A stretch of DNA of 64,000 nucleotides from Sedimentisphaerales bacterium (GTDB lineage Bacteria > Planctomycetota > Phycisphaerae > Sedimentisphaerales > SM23-30), in the NCBI GenBank assembly GCA_963663965.2, contig CAXXFK010000011.1:32001-96000 (forward strand), written 5' to 3'. Under the pieces are notes generated by a model, which saw only the letters and a program-made list of their open reading frames with translations, was not told the origin of the DNA and did not search any database. This document shows, piece after piece, positions 38,654 to 50,240 of the stretch. Position 1 is the first letter of the stretch. The number at the start of each line of letters is the position of its first letter. The translations under genes were made by a program, and so were the position numbers.

Positions 38654-39325
38654 ATGAACACTCGGCACAGGATATTTCTTCAAATAACGATTCTGCTTTT
38701 CGTAGGTATGATATCCATAACAGGATGCATGCGGGAAATTGCTAATAAGTACAATCAAGCTAAAGCCTATATCTCGAGCGGCGAATACAATGCGGCCAAT
38801 TCCCCTGCTGAAAGAATGCCTCGACTACAGCCATGAAGATCCGGAAATTCATTATTACCTCGGCAAATGTTACGAAGAAATGGGTAATTTGACTGATGCG
38901 ATCTGGCATCTTCAGCTTGCGGTCCAATTCGATCCATCCCACGATGCCTCTCAACTGGCATTAATCCGTGTACTGGACAAAAATGGCCAGAAAAACAAAT
39001 CTATCGAAACCGCCCGTCTTTATTTCCAATATAAAAAAGCGGATCTGAATATTTCCTTTACGCCGGCAGTTTGCTGCTTTCCAAACACCTGGTTCCCCAG
39101 GCTGAATTAGCATTCGACGCCGCTTTAAAAGCGAATCCCAAAAATCCAGAACCCTACCTTCGTTTAAGTGACTATTATTACATGCAGGGTGACGAAGCTC
39201 ACGGCGAAGATTTTCTGATTAAAGCATTCAGAATTAATCCCACCTGGCCTGGCCTCAGCCGCCGTATGGGGAAAAAGGGTTGCAAACCAATATCCCCGTA
39301 CCAGATCCTCACGCCCAGCCCATGA
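38654..39325 (+). CDS. TPR-repeat lipoprotein, broken by at least two indels
   Basis: Lipobox ITGC. TPR motifs spread over three frames (EIHYYLGKCYEEMG, ALKANPKNPEPYLRL). Confidence 0.7.
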
Positions 39326-39392
39326 CTCCAGATAGCTTGGAAATGAAAAATGAAATAATTCCACTAATAAATTACTTCGCAATTAAGATCGC

Positions 39393-39984
39393 ATCGGGTA
39401 GCCAGAGGGGATTGCTCCACCTCTAGCTCCCATACCAACGGACATACGGTTCCGTATCATAGCTGCCCTTATTTGTCTCAGCGGTCTGTCATGCTTGCCA
39501 CGCCAACAATGCGCTTTAGCGGTTCCGCCGCCTATTTGCCTTCGCTGGCATGAGGTCTCATCCCCCATCTTCTGCGACTCTACACGACTGAGCTAAAATT
39601 GTTTAGACAGACCAAAACGTTGGGACTTCAGCCTCTCCGCCTACTATGCCCTCTGCTGACTTCTGTATGCCCATCCCATTACCTCTTGATAATGATGGCC
39701 GGTGGCAAACATACAGATCTCCCCGGGTAATAATGCACACCTGCCTTCCTGTTTATGCCCGCCGTATCTAGCTGCCATGCCTTCCAGGTAGCTTGGGGAC
39801 TTTGAAGATAATGGCCTTCTCATCCGACATGCCAGCCTCAGATACGATTCCTGTTCGTCGGCCAACAGTTTGCCTGCGGCTACCCCACCTCGCGGTGGCA
39901 GCCCTTGCCGTCCGGCTAATGGTTCCCGCTACCGGGCCCATAGAGGACTTGCACCTCCAAGCAAGTGTGCCCTGCCGGGCACAC
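39393..39984 (-). mobile_element. ORF-less group II intron, class IIC-like, probably defective
   Basis: 5' end GTGTGCCCGG, CCCGGGGAGATC junction, domain III AAGTCAGCAGAGGGCATAGTAG, domain V remnant GATACGGAACCGTATGTCCGTTGGT, domain VI ending CTACCCGAT. Sits immediately after a terminator hairpin. Confidence 0.85.
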
Positions 39985-39986
39985 AT

Positions 39987-40019
39987 AAAAAAAGGCTGCT
40001 TATAAAGCAGCCTTTTTTT
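39987..40019. terminator. Rho-independent terminator downstream of nrdJ (bidirectional form)
   Basis: A7-GGCTGCTT-ATA-AAGCAGCC-T7. Confidence 0.9.
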
Positions 40020-40033
40020 ATGTTTTAACGCAA

Positions 40034-43013
40034 TCAACTGCATCCCATGGATGCCCCGCAATTCATGCATTTGTAACAGGCGCCATTTCGTATGGTAATG
40101 GATCCACATGTATCGCAGGCCGGAGCATCCGACTGGAACTGAGAAAACTGCCGGTTAAATGCCTGAATTGCGTCACTGCCATCTGCAACACCCGCAAGCA
40201 CCGGTTGTTGAGCAGGCTTGTTTACCATATCAATGATCTCATCGATCCGGTTAGTAATTGTATTGAGCTTTTCTTTTTGTGATACCGGATTGTTATCACC
40301 CTTACCATTCACGCGTGGCCAGATCGGTTGAGGAGCTTTGGTACCGTTGTCTTTCCGATTAGGGGCGTTTTGCTCATAATAACCGTCTAGAAAGGTCATT
40401 CCCAGCCAACGAGCGATATAATCAATAATACTCTTGGCAAACGGGATATCCCGGTTACTGGTCATCCCGGCTGGTTCAAACCGGGCATGGCTGAATTTGT
40501 CGACCAGTGTACTGAGCGGTACACCATATTGCAGGGCCATGGATACACAAGTTCCAAATGCATCCATTAAGCCCCCAACGGTGCTGCCCTCCTTGGCCAT
40601 AGTGATAAATAACTCACCCGGGGATCCGTCCTCGTACAAGCCCACCGTCAGGTATCCTTCGTGACCGGCGACATCGAATTTATGCGTAATGCTGCGTCGG
40701 GTATTGGGCAACCTCAGGCGCTGCGGTCGGCGTTCGATTGTGCCGTCATCCTTCAAACGTTTTTCGGGCCTTGATATTTTTTCCGCTTCGGCGGATTTGG
40801 TGTCATTCTTTTTCGTATTAAGCGGTTGCGTTCGCTTGGAACCGTCACGATAGATAGCCAACGCCTTTAAACCAAGTTTCCAACCGGTAAAATAGGCGGA
40901 TTCGATATCTTCAACCGTACAATCCGTGGGCATATTCACTGTTTTGCTGATTGCGCCACTCAGGAATGGCTGAGTCGCTGCCATCATACGGATGTGACCT
41001 AATGCATGGATGGAACGCACGCCTTTGGAGGGCTTGAAGGCACAATCGAATACAGATAAATGTTCCGGTTTCAGATCACTGGCCGTTTCAATCGTATCAT
41101 CTCTGTCGATTGTTTCTATAATTCGCTGGATTTGACGGTCATCATATCCCAGACGTTTCAAAGACATAGAAACTGTATTATTGACAATCTTAAGCAAACC
41201 ACCCCCAGCCAGAAGCTTGTATTTAACCAGGGCAATATCTGGCTCAATCCCGGTAGTATCGCAATCCATCATAAATCCAATGGTACCCGTCGGCGCCAGA
41301 ACGCTTACTTGTGAATTTCGAAAACCATTTCCAGTTCCCAGGGCAAGAGCCTCATCCCAGCTGTTTTTCGCAACTTTAAGCAGTTCTTCCGGGCAATATC
41401 GCTTGTCGATTTTCTTGATCGCCTCACTATGCATCCGTATGACATTCAACATGGACTCGCGGTTTTTTTGAAACTCATCAAAAGCCCCTATGCTATGAGC
41501 CAATTCGGCACTGACGGCATACGCGGTGCCCGTCATAATAGCCGTAATGGCAGCCGCCCAGGCACGCCCTTCATCACTGTCATAGGGTAAACCCAGAGAC
41601 ATAACTAAGGATCCCAGATTCGCATAACCCAACCCTAATGGTCGGAATTTATGAGAATTTAAAGCGATTTCTGAAGTGGGATAGCTTCCATGATCAACCA
41701 GTAATTCCTGGGCGATAATAATGATACGAACCGCCTTGCGGAATTTTTCCGCATCAAATGTGCCATCTGGCCGGCGGAATTTCATCAGGTTCAAACTGGC
41801 CAGATTGCAGGCCGAATTATCAATAAACATGTATTCACTACATGGATTACTGGCATTGATGGGCCCGCTATTCGGACAGGTATGCCATCGATTGATAGTG
41901 GTATCATATTGTAAACCAGGATCACCACAAACGTGAGTCCCCTCCGCGATCAATTTCATGATATCGCGTGCTTTTAATTTGTCGATTACCTCGCCAGTTG
42001 TTACCGCGCGGGTTTCAAATAGGTCATCTTTCTCATAAGCTTCCATAAATTCATCAGTAATCCGTACTGACAAATTGGCATTTTGAAACATAATGCTGCT
42101 GTAGGCTTCACCATTATAATCGGCAGAATAGCCCGCCTCAATTAAAGCCCAGGCCTTCTTCTCCTCATTTGTTTTACATGTCACAAACTCCTGAATGTCA
42201 GGATGATGAACTTTAAGAGACTGCATCTTGGCAGCACGTCTGGTCTTGCCCCCACTCTTGATAACTGCCGCTATTTGATCATAAACTCTCATGAAGCTTA
42301 ACGGACCGGAAGGACGCCCGCCCCCAGACAATTTTTCACGGCTGGAACGTATTGTCGACAAATCGGTACCAGTACCACTGCCATGTTTAAACAACATGGC
42401 CTCACTAGTGGCCAGAGCCATGATATCTTCCATGGTATCGCCGACGCTTTGAATAAAAACAGGCCGAACCCTGGGGATATTGATAGGTATTGGGACAATT
42501 TTCTATGGCTTGTTTATCTGGATTCCAGTAATAATTATGATTACTTCCTTCCACTCCCCTTACATGATATAAACCAACGTTAAACCAGACCGGGGAATTA
42601 AAGGCGGCATACTGGTTAACGCATAACCAGGTTAATTCATTATAATAAACATCTGCCTGCTGCTGGTCTGAAAACAGTCCATCTTGATATCCCCAATCTG
42701 CGATAGTTCGAGTTACGCGATGAATCAACTCTTTCAACGATGTCTCACGCTCAGATGTTCCCTTTTCTCCATAAAAATATTTACTGACTACAACTTTGGT
42801 TGCTAATTGCGAATAAAAAGCAGGCACTTCGACATCTTCCTGTTCGAAAATAACTTCGCCTTTTTCATTAGTAATTGTCGCAGTACGTTTATCCCAATTA
42901 ATCTCATCAAATGGGTGCTTTCCGTCTGAACTGAAAAAACGACCTACTTTAATCGGTTTTTTACTATTTGAATTTTCTTTTTTAGGTGCCGAATCCATGG
43001 CAGCATTAGACAT
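40034..43013 (-). CDS. nrdJ: Vitamin B12-dependent class II ribonucleotide reductase (frameshift near 42457)
   Basis: FNSPVWFN, QGSACF/IQSV across an extra T, GGKTRRAA, SNPCSEY, APTGT, SGAISKTVN, C-terminal TSCPD domain and CxxC..CxxC..C tail. Confidence 0.93.
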
Positions 43014-43222
43014 TGTATAACTCCCTTTCTTTATTAAAGTTATTTACTCTCTCTCAGTATGCGCAAAGTATCTCCCGCATGGGAATAACAATAATTTTAT
43101 CTCTTCTCCAAACAGACCGTTCCGCATCACCGTACTTCACGAAACGCATAAACTGCATCAAATTATGCAGATATAAAGTCTGATAAAAACAACACAAACA
43201 TGAACTTATAAGAATTACGATT

Positions 43223-43275
43223 AATCAATATGTTGAACAGAAAACCATGATAATTACAACATCTAGTAGTGTCAA
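43223..43275 (-). promoter_or_regulatory. nrdJ sigma70 promoter with two NrdR boxes
   Basis: Minus strand TTGACA (43275-43270)-N17-TATCAT (43252-43247). NrdR-like cores CAATATGTTG (43226-43235) and CAACATCTAG (43257-43266) are 31 bp apart. Confidence 0.75.
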
Positions 43276-43494
43276 TCGGCTTTTCATTATTTTTTTCATT
43301 ATTTTTTATCTATATATTTCACATCGACTTGGGAACTGGCCTTTAAGTTTTTAACAGCCCTGTTTATCTTGATCTATTTCACATCTTCTATCTGAATCGT
43401 CCAATATTCATACGCCCGGATAATGCAAGTTTATTGTTATCGCGATATAACCTCTTAATATATAATAGGTAAATCAATTTTTCGGGCAAAAATA

Positions 43495-43529
43495 TACCCC
43501 ATAAAAGACCATTAATTTTTTATGGGGTA
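43495..43529. other. 12-bp inverted repeat downstream of sppA (possible terminator or operator)
   Basis: TACCCCATAAAA-N11-TTTTATGGGGTA. Confidence 0.5.
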
Positions 43530-43659
43530 ATTAATAACAACTACATTGTAAGATTTTTATGAAAAATTTAAAATCAACCGTATTTTTGAAAAAATCAGAT
43601 CAAATAGTCTGTTTTTCACACTAATTTCCGGCTTTATATCCTGCAAGTACCGCTATCAA

Positions 43660-44664
43660 TCAATTAAACGTCGGTTTCCAAAGATATAACAATTGTGGAC
43701 TTTCACCACGTAACCATCCGGGCAATTGTATTTGAAGGGCACTATTATCGGCAGCAACATTGCTCTCAGCGGTATCATATAAATTCACCATGCGTTGATA
43801 CGGATAATGATACATCACAATCTGACATTTCTTAAGTTTTGCCTGTTTACGCACAAGATTGACCGCATCCTGAGGATAACCAATTGCATCTATCATTTTA
43901 TTTTCAAGCGCTTTTGAACTAGTGTATACTCGGCCATCAGCAAGAGGAATGAGATTTTCCATTGTAATTTCCCGCCGATTATTAACTACTTGGAGAAAAC
44001 GCTGGTAACTTTCATCAATTATATTTTGCAATACTGCTTTTTCGTCATCTCGCATTTCGTGAAAAGGCGATGCCAGATCTTTAAGTTGCCCACTTTTAAT
44101 GACATACGGCTTAATGCCAATAAAACCCAGTGTTTTTTCGATACTAAAGGCCTGCATAATTGTACCAATGCTGCCTGTAATAGTCGATGGTGTCGCATAG
44201 ATTTTATCACATCCACACGCAAGATAATAACCACCACTGGCCGCAACGTCTAATAGAGACGCAACAACCGGAACCCTCTTTTTCTCTTTAAATTGCTGTA
44301 ACTTATGATACATTAATTCTGTTCCGCTTACTGAACCCCCAGGGGAATTTATCCGTATCACAACTCCTTTAACATGCTCATCCGCGGCAACTTTATCCAG
44401 CTTTTCGCAAAAAACACTGACTGGGTTTTCACCTGGTTGAAAAAAACCCGATTCCGCACTGTTCATAATCACGCCATCCAGATCAATTACTGCAATTTTA
44501 TCTTTAACTTTCCAGCCCTTATCTTTCTGAATAACTGACTCTGTGATGGCATAGCGACTTGGTATAGGTCGTATTACAAAAGCGCTTCCACTGCAGCCAG
44601 ACAATATGCTCATAAAAATCATCCCGACAATCCATAGTAAATAATCAGTTTTTTTTGATTTCAT
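43660..44664 (-). CDS. sppA: Signal peptide peptidase SppA (S49), lipoprotein
   Basis: LSGC lipobox, RINSPGGSV, AASGGYYLA, TGSIG, KSGQLKD, DGRVYT. Confidence 0.92.
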   Translation of the reverse strand: MKSKKTDYLLWIVGMIFMSILSGCSGSAFVIRPIPSRYAITESVIQKDKGWKVKDKIAVIDLDGVIMNSAESGFFQPGENPVSVFCEKLDKVAADEHVKGVVIRINSPGGSVSGTELMYHKLQQFKEKKRVPVVASLLDVAASGGYYLACGCDKIYATPSTITGSIGTIMQAFSIEKTLGFIGIKPYVIKSGQLKDLASPFHEMRDDEKAVLQNIIDESYQRFLQVVNNRREITMENLIPLADGRVYTSSKALENKMIDAIGYPQDAVNLVRKQAKLKKCQIVMYHYPYQRMVNLYDTAESNVAADNSALQIQLPGWLRGESPQLLYLWKPTFN

Positions 44665-44668
44665 AAAA

Positions 44669-45091
44669 TTAACCTTCCGTGTGTTTATTTGCTGGGGATG
44701 TGCTATTTTTTTGGAGATCAACTTCTTCTACAAATAACCATCTCATTTGATCAAGTGCCAGACTCAAGCCTTTTTGTTCTGCTTCCGTTAAATTCCCCTT
44801 AGTCTTATTTGCGATTACCTCAAGCATATCAATATGATGTTTTGCCAATTCCAAATCAATAATGGACTTTTCCTCCCCGGGAGGGGCAAGTTTTCCCAGG
44901 TACATCATGGCCTGTAAAGCAAACATATTAACCAGTTCATCAAATGTAGGCGGTGGAAGCGTACCCGGCATACGCGCATCTTTGCCAGTTTTTTTCTGTT
45001 TTTCTTCCTTTTCTCTTAGTTCTTCCTTTTCTTTTTGAGCCTGAGCTTTCCAATTATCGTCTGTTATGATTTTTTTTTCACTTTCTACCAT
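44669..45091 (-). CDS. DUF1844-like protein
   Basis: KIITDDNWKAQAQKEKE, LPPPTF, DLELAKHHIDML..KTKGNL. Confidence 0.8.
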   Translation of the reverse strand: MVESEKKIITDDNWKAQAQKEKEELREKEEKQKKTGKDARMPGTLPPPTFDELVNMFALQAMMYLGKLAPPGEEKSIIDLELAKHHIDMLEVIANKTKGNLTEAEQKGLSLALDQMRWLFVEEVDLQKNSTSPANKHTEG

Positions 45092-45345
45092 GACTAAGTC
45101 CTTATAAAATTTCATTTATTAAAAGCACAAGCAGATGTTTTCAATTAAATATCAGCTAGATTCTAGCGTTAAGAATATTTGATTGCAAACTTATTCATTT
45201 ACTAAACCAGCCTGAACAATAATCTGAATTCGCTTGACTTTTAATTAAATTTTATTATTATTATTAGTTTATTTTTCAGTTATCCAACCGGGCTGAAATA
45301 CGTAAGCCTGAATTTATAAATATTTAACCCGCATGGAGATCCGCG

Positions 45346-46224
45346 TTGGAACAAGCGACTTTTAAAGCAAAAGCCCTTATCGAAGCCTTGAACTATATCC
45401 AACAATTTCGTAATCGGATTGTTGTTGTGAAATTGGGCGGCTCGCTCATGGAAGAAGATCACAGCCAGAAAGAACTGCTCAAAGATGTCGTTTTTCTGGC
45501 AACCGTAGGCATGCAACCCATCCTGATCCATGGCGGTGGAAAAAGTATTAGTGCCGCCATGAAAAAGGCGGGAATAGAAGCCCAGTTTGTTCAGGGGCGC
45601 CGCTATACTGATGAACGCACTCTAGCCATCGCTGAACATGTTCTGGTTAATGACATCAACGCTTCAATTGTTAATTCGATCAATGAATTAGGGGGTAATG
45701 CCATGGGTTTGCACTCCCTGAGTAGTTGCGTTCTATTTGCAGAGCAAATGCGTTTGAATGATACTGACGGACGCAAACTGGATATTGGCCTGGTTGGCAA
45801 TATTACCCACGTAAATGCTCCATTATTGAAAGTTCTCTGCCAGGCAGGAACCATACCCGTTATTGCTCCCATCGCCCGCGACCGGGCCGGTGGAAAACTA
45901 AATATCAATGCCGATACCGCGGCAGGAAGGGTTGCGGCAACTGTCCAGGCGGATAAACTGGTGATGATGAGTGATACACACGGTATTTTCCAGAACCTTG
46001 ATGACCCTGACTCTCATCTGTCCTCATTAAATGAAACACAAATCCAGGATCTGGTGAATCATGGAATCATCAAGGGTGGCATGCTGCCCAAGGTGGAAGC
46101 ATGCCTGGAAGCTTTACATGCCGGCGTAAAAAGGACTCATATCATTGACGGCGGCTTTGAGCATTCTCTCCTGCTGGAAATTTATACCGATAAAGGTATT
46201 GGAACATTGATCACTCATGATTGA
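45346..46224 (+). CDS. argB: Acetylglutamate kinase
   Basis: LIEALNYI, VVKLGGS, HGGG, GRRYTD, NINAD, GGMLPK, LLLEIYTDKGIGT. Confidence 0.95.
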   Translation: MEQATFKAKALIEALNYIQQFRNRIVVVKLGGSLMEEDHSQKELLKDVVFLATVGMQPILIHGGGKSISAAMKKAGIEAQFVQGRRYTDERTLAIAEHVLVNDINASIVNSINELGGNAMGLHSLSSCVLFAEQMRLNDTDGRKLDIGLVGNITHVNAPLLKVLCQAGTIPVIAPIARDRAGGKLNINADTAAGRVAATVQADKLVMMSDTHGIFQNLDDPDSHLSSLNETQIQDLVNHGIIKGGMLPKVEACLEALHAGVKRTHIIDGGFEHSLLLEIYTDKGIGTLITHD

Positions 46225-46399
46225 TAGTCGTCTGATTAATCTGAAATCATGTATCTGAATTCGATAACGTAAAACATTCTGAATATCCCGATCAGTTGTT
46301 AGCAAATCGGAGCAATAATCTTTGTTTCGAGCATTTTTGCTGTACCGACACATTAATCGGATATCACAATAAAATAACCAGTTTTTTTGAAAGCTATTT

Positions 46400-47589
46400 A
46401 TGAACACACAGGAAGTAATTGAACTTTTTAATCAATATGTCGTCGCCAATTACGGTCGCCTGCCCTATGTCATTACTCAGGGGCTGGGAAGTAGCATCCA
46501 GGATATCGATGGTAAAAATTATATTGATATGTTTCCTGGCTGGGCCGTCAGCGGTATCGGACATTGTCATCCAAAAGTCGTCAAGGCGGTCCAGGAACAA
46601 GTCGCCCGGTTAATTCATATTGACAATACTTTTTATACGGAACAACAGGGCCGATTTGCCCAGATGCTCAGCGAGCGGGCATTCGGGGGAAAATGTTTTT
46701 TCTGCAATAGCGGCGCTGAAGCCGTTGAAGCCGCATTGAAACTTGCCAGACGTCATACTGACAAACAGAAATATAAGATAATTTCTGCTGAAGGTGGTTT
46801 TCACGGCCGAACTATGGGAGCCATAACCGCAACCGCTCAACCCAAATACCACCAGGGTTTCCTACCTCTGGTGCCTGGATTTATTTATGTACCCTATAAC
46901 GATATTAAAGCCCTGCAAGAGGCTTTTGATGATGAAGTCGCTGGAGTGATTGTCGAACCCATACAGGGCGAAGGTGGGATTCGTCCTGCCAGTTCTGAAT
47001 ATCTTCAGGCAATCCGGGATTTATGTGATCAGCATGGCGCCCTGGCCATTTGGGATGAAGTGCAAACCGGCATGGGACGAACCGGGAAATGGTTTGCCTA
47101 CCAACATTACGACATTGTCCCGGATATCATGACTATGGCAAAATCTTTGGGAGGGGGTGTCGCCGTTGGAGCGATGATGGCCCGTGGAGAAGTTGCGGGC
47201 TTCACTGGTTCCGGGTACCCATGCATCAACCTTTGGTGGAAATGCGCTTGCCTGTGGCCGCAGGAATTGCCGTTATCGAAGCAATCGAAGAAGAAAACAT
47301 GCTCGAAAACACCGTGAAAATGGGCGATTATCTCCAAAATCAACTACTAGACTTGAAATCAAAACATGGATGCATTGAACAGGTCAGAGGAACGGGGTTA
47401 ATGCTGGGAGTAGCCCTCAACCGCCCGGGCGCAGATATTGTCAGCCAATGTTGGGATAAGGGATTGAGAATCAATTGCACCCAGACAACGATATTACGTA
47501 TCATGCCTGCAATGAACGTCACAAAGGAAATTATCGACCAGGCTATTGCTATCTTAGATAATGTATTGACCACAATCGAAACGGCATAA
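46400..47589 (+). CDS. argD: Acetylornithine aminotransferase (two +1 indels near 47198 and 47256)
   Basis: FCNSGAEA, FHGRT, EPIQGEGG, DEVQTGMGRTG, AKSLGGG. The HASTFGGN motif is in a shifted frame and the C-terminus in a third frame. Confidence 0.9.
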
Positions 47590-47620
47590 ACTGATAATTA
47601 CTAGTAACCTCAGGTGATTT

Positions 47621-48558
47621 ATGACTCGACATTTTATAGCCATTGCCGACCATTCGGCAGAAGAACTGACTTATCTGCTTAATCTGGCCACCGAATTGAA
47701 AGCGCGATACAAGCATGGTGATCGGGAGAATTGTCTGGCTGGCTGCAACGCCATTATGATCTTCGAAAAACCCAGTAGTCGAACACGCATCAGCTTTGAA
47801 GTGGCGATCAACCAGTTGGGGGCATCTTCCATATATATTCGACCTGAAGATATGGAGGACCAATTGGATACCGGGAACCCATAAGTGACTTAATGCGAGT
47901 TATGAATGGATACGCTGATTTAGTGATCGCGAGGACTTTTTCCCATAATACAGTACTGGAAATGGCTCATTATGCCACGATGCCGGTGATTAACGCGCTC
48001 ACTGACCTGGAACATCCATGTCAAGCCATGGCTGATATTTTAACAGTAAAGGAAGTATTTGGCTCTCATGAAGGACGCACGATAGCATATATTGGTGATG
48101 GGAACAATGTCGCAATGTCCCTAGCGATGACCTGCAAAAAACTGGGATTGAATTTTGTTATTGCCAATCCGCCAGGATACGCCATTCCTGACGAGTTTAT
48201 CGAGCAATTAAATCAGTTTGGTCGGCCTGAACAATTTAAACAGGTCACCGATCCGATAGAAGCAGTTCATAATGCAGATATCCTTTACACCGATACCTGG
48301 ACCAGCATGGGCCAGGAAGATGAGAAGGAAAAGAGAATCCGCGAATTTCATGGGTATCAAGTAAATCAGAAAATGCTCGAACACGCGGATAATCGTGCCA
48401 GGATCATGCATTGTCTCCCGGCCTATCGGGGTTTGGAAATAACTCATGAGGTAATTGAGTGCCCGCAAAGCATCGTTTTTCTGCAGGCTGAAAATCGATT
48501 ACATTTTCAGCGAGCCTTGATAAAATACTTGATAATAGAAAAAAATATACGTTCATAA
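47621..48558 (+). CDS. argF: Ornithine carbamoyltransferase (1-bp deletion near 47853)
   Basis: FEKPSSRTRISF, HPCQAMAD, GDGNNV, DTWTSMG, HCLPA, QAENRLH. Confidence 0.92.
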
Positions 48559-48576
48559 TCTCTATTTAATTCACTT

Positions 48577-49285
48577 ATGCCTAAACGCCTACGTACACAA
48601 TTACGCCCGATTAGAATAACTCGTCGATTTACCAATTATGCAGCCGGATCTGTTTTATACGAATCAGGTGATACCCGGGTTTTATGTACCGCCAGCTTTA
48701 TTAACGAACTGCCAAAATGGCGCCACGATTCTGGATTAGGTTGGGTAACCGCCGAGTATGGCATGCTCCCATCTTCCACAATAGAACGAAAATCGCGCCC
48801 AAAACAAAATGCAACAGATAGCCGGGGCACTGAAATTCAGCGCCTTATTGGGCGAGTACTGCGCAGTATAGTCGACATGAAAAAACTGGGGCTTAATACG
48901 ATCTATTTAGACTGCGATGTTCTTCAGGCGGACGGCGGCACCCGAACTGCCGCGATTAATGGCGCCTATGTGGCTCTCTGCGATGCAATCAATTGGGGAT
49001 TATCCAGAAAATGGATTACCGAAAATCCACTGACCGGAGCAGTCCGCGGCAGTCAGTGTGGGATTGGTATCGGGTAAATTACATCTTGATCTTGATTATC
49101 TTGCCGATAGTCAGGCTGATGTTGACATGAATATTGCTATGACTGACACGGGTCAGTTTGTTGAAATCCAAGGTTCGGCTGAAAATGCTCCATTTGACGG
49201 CGAACAGTTACAACAGATGCTGACACTGGCCGCTAAAGGGATTAAAAAGATTTTAAAAGAGCAACGTAAAGCGCTAATGAAATAG
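48577..49285 (+). CDS. rph: Ribonuclease PH (+1 indel near 49045)
   Basis: [31 protein letters not shown], then [26 protein letters not shown]. Confidence 0.93.
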
Positions 49286-49330
49286 GGTTTCCTGCCTGGA
49301 ATTGATAAAAAAAACCGAAACATTCACAAC

Positions 49331-50218
49331 ATGAATAATTCTTTGAAATTCACAACCATGAAATGCAATCATTCAATAAAAGCAGCCTTCGGATTATTAT
49401 TGTCCTTAATGACTATATTATATGCCTCCCTGCTTACTGGATGTTCCAGTGATCCTGGTTTCCGGCCAACCATAAGCGGCCAGAAATATCCCAGTTCAGC
49501 CGGTACTACGATAAAATATCCTGCTTCCGATTCCGGCCACCTGACAGTTACTATTGGATTATACACTTTGGGGGATCGCGTGAGCGCTGCGAATACTCTT
49601 AAGTCCAATGCCGTAACGGTATTACCTGGTTATGATATCTGGTTGAGTAATGATGATGCAGGATTGTCTGTTAACTGTGGACGTTTCAAGTCAAACTCCG
49701 ACGCTGAAATCGCTCTCGCAAAGGTAAAATCTGTCTATTCTCAGATGAATCCAGGCCGCTACCAGTTCCCCTTTATCAAAGACATCCCACAGCAAGATCC
49801 ACAAATACCCGCTAACTGGTATCTTTTGAATAATCAATGTTTTTATACGCTTGAAATTGGCGGCTACTATAATGTTCCTGAAAAAAGTTATTACGATCGA
49901 AAAATAGATGCGGTCAAAGCAGTCGAAGCCCTCCGAAAAGATGGTGAACAGGCATTTTTGATTCATGGCCGTTTTGAATCCCGCATTTATGTCGGATGCT
50001 TTGGCCCACAGGAAGTTCAGCGCGGTTTTGATGCCAACAACCATCCCCAATATCAGTTTTCCGCCTCCGTTCAGAGATTGCAAAAAAAATATCCTTACCG
50101 ATTCGAACATGGTAATCGGGTATACGAATATGTTATGGAAAATGGCAAAAAGGTCAAGAAGCCCTGGCGATCAACCATTGTTCCGATTGATATCTTGATG
50201 GAAGGAATCAATTTCTAA
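49331..50218 (+). CDS. Hypothetical lipoprotein (possibly SPOR-like repeats)
   Basis: Lipobox LLTGC. Long ORF co-oriented between rph and rdgB. Confidence 0.6.
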   Translation: MNNSLKFTTMKCNHSIKAAFGLLLSLMTILYASLLTGCSSDPGFRPTISGQKYPSSAGTTIKYPASDSGHLTVTIGLYTLGDRVSAANTLKSNAVTVLPGYDIWLSNDDAGLSVNCGRFKSNSDAEIALAKVKSVYSQMNPGRYQFPFIKDIPQQDPQIPANWYLLNNQCFYTLEIGGYYNVPEKSYYDRKIDAVKAVEALRKDGEQAFLIHGRFESRIYVGCFGPQEVQRGFDANNHPQYQFSASVQRLQKKYPYRFEHGNRVYEYVMENGKKVKKPWRSTIVPIDILMEGINF

Positions 50219-50240
50219 TACATTAATCATAGCAAGAACC

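Noticed and set aside
39383..40109. Short ORFs within the intron region as an intron-encoded protein
   Set aside because: There are no RT motifs (no YADD), and the ORFs overlap structured RNA domains.
42440..42470. Programmed frameshift, intein or natural split in nrdJ
   Set aside because: Removing one T from a T5 run restores the conserved SACFIQSV. The many similar indels nearby point to sequence error.
43014..43245. Cobalamin riboswitch in the nrdJ leader
   Set aside because: A small hairpin is present (~43070-43088), but I could not find the conserved B12-box or GGGAA/ACTG core elements.
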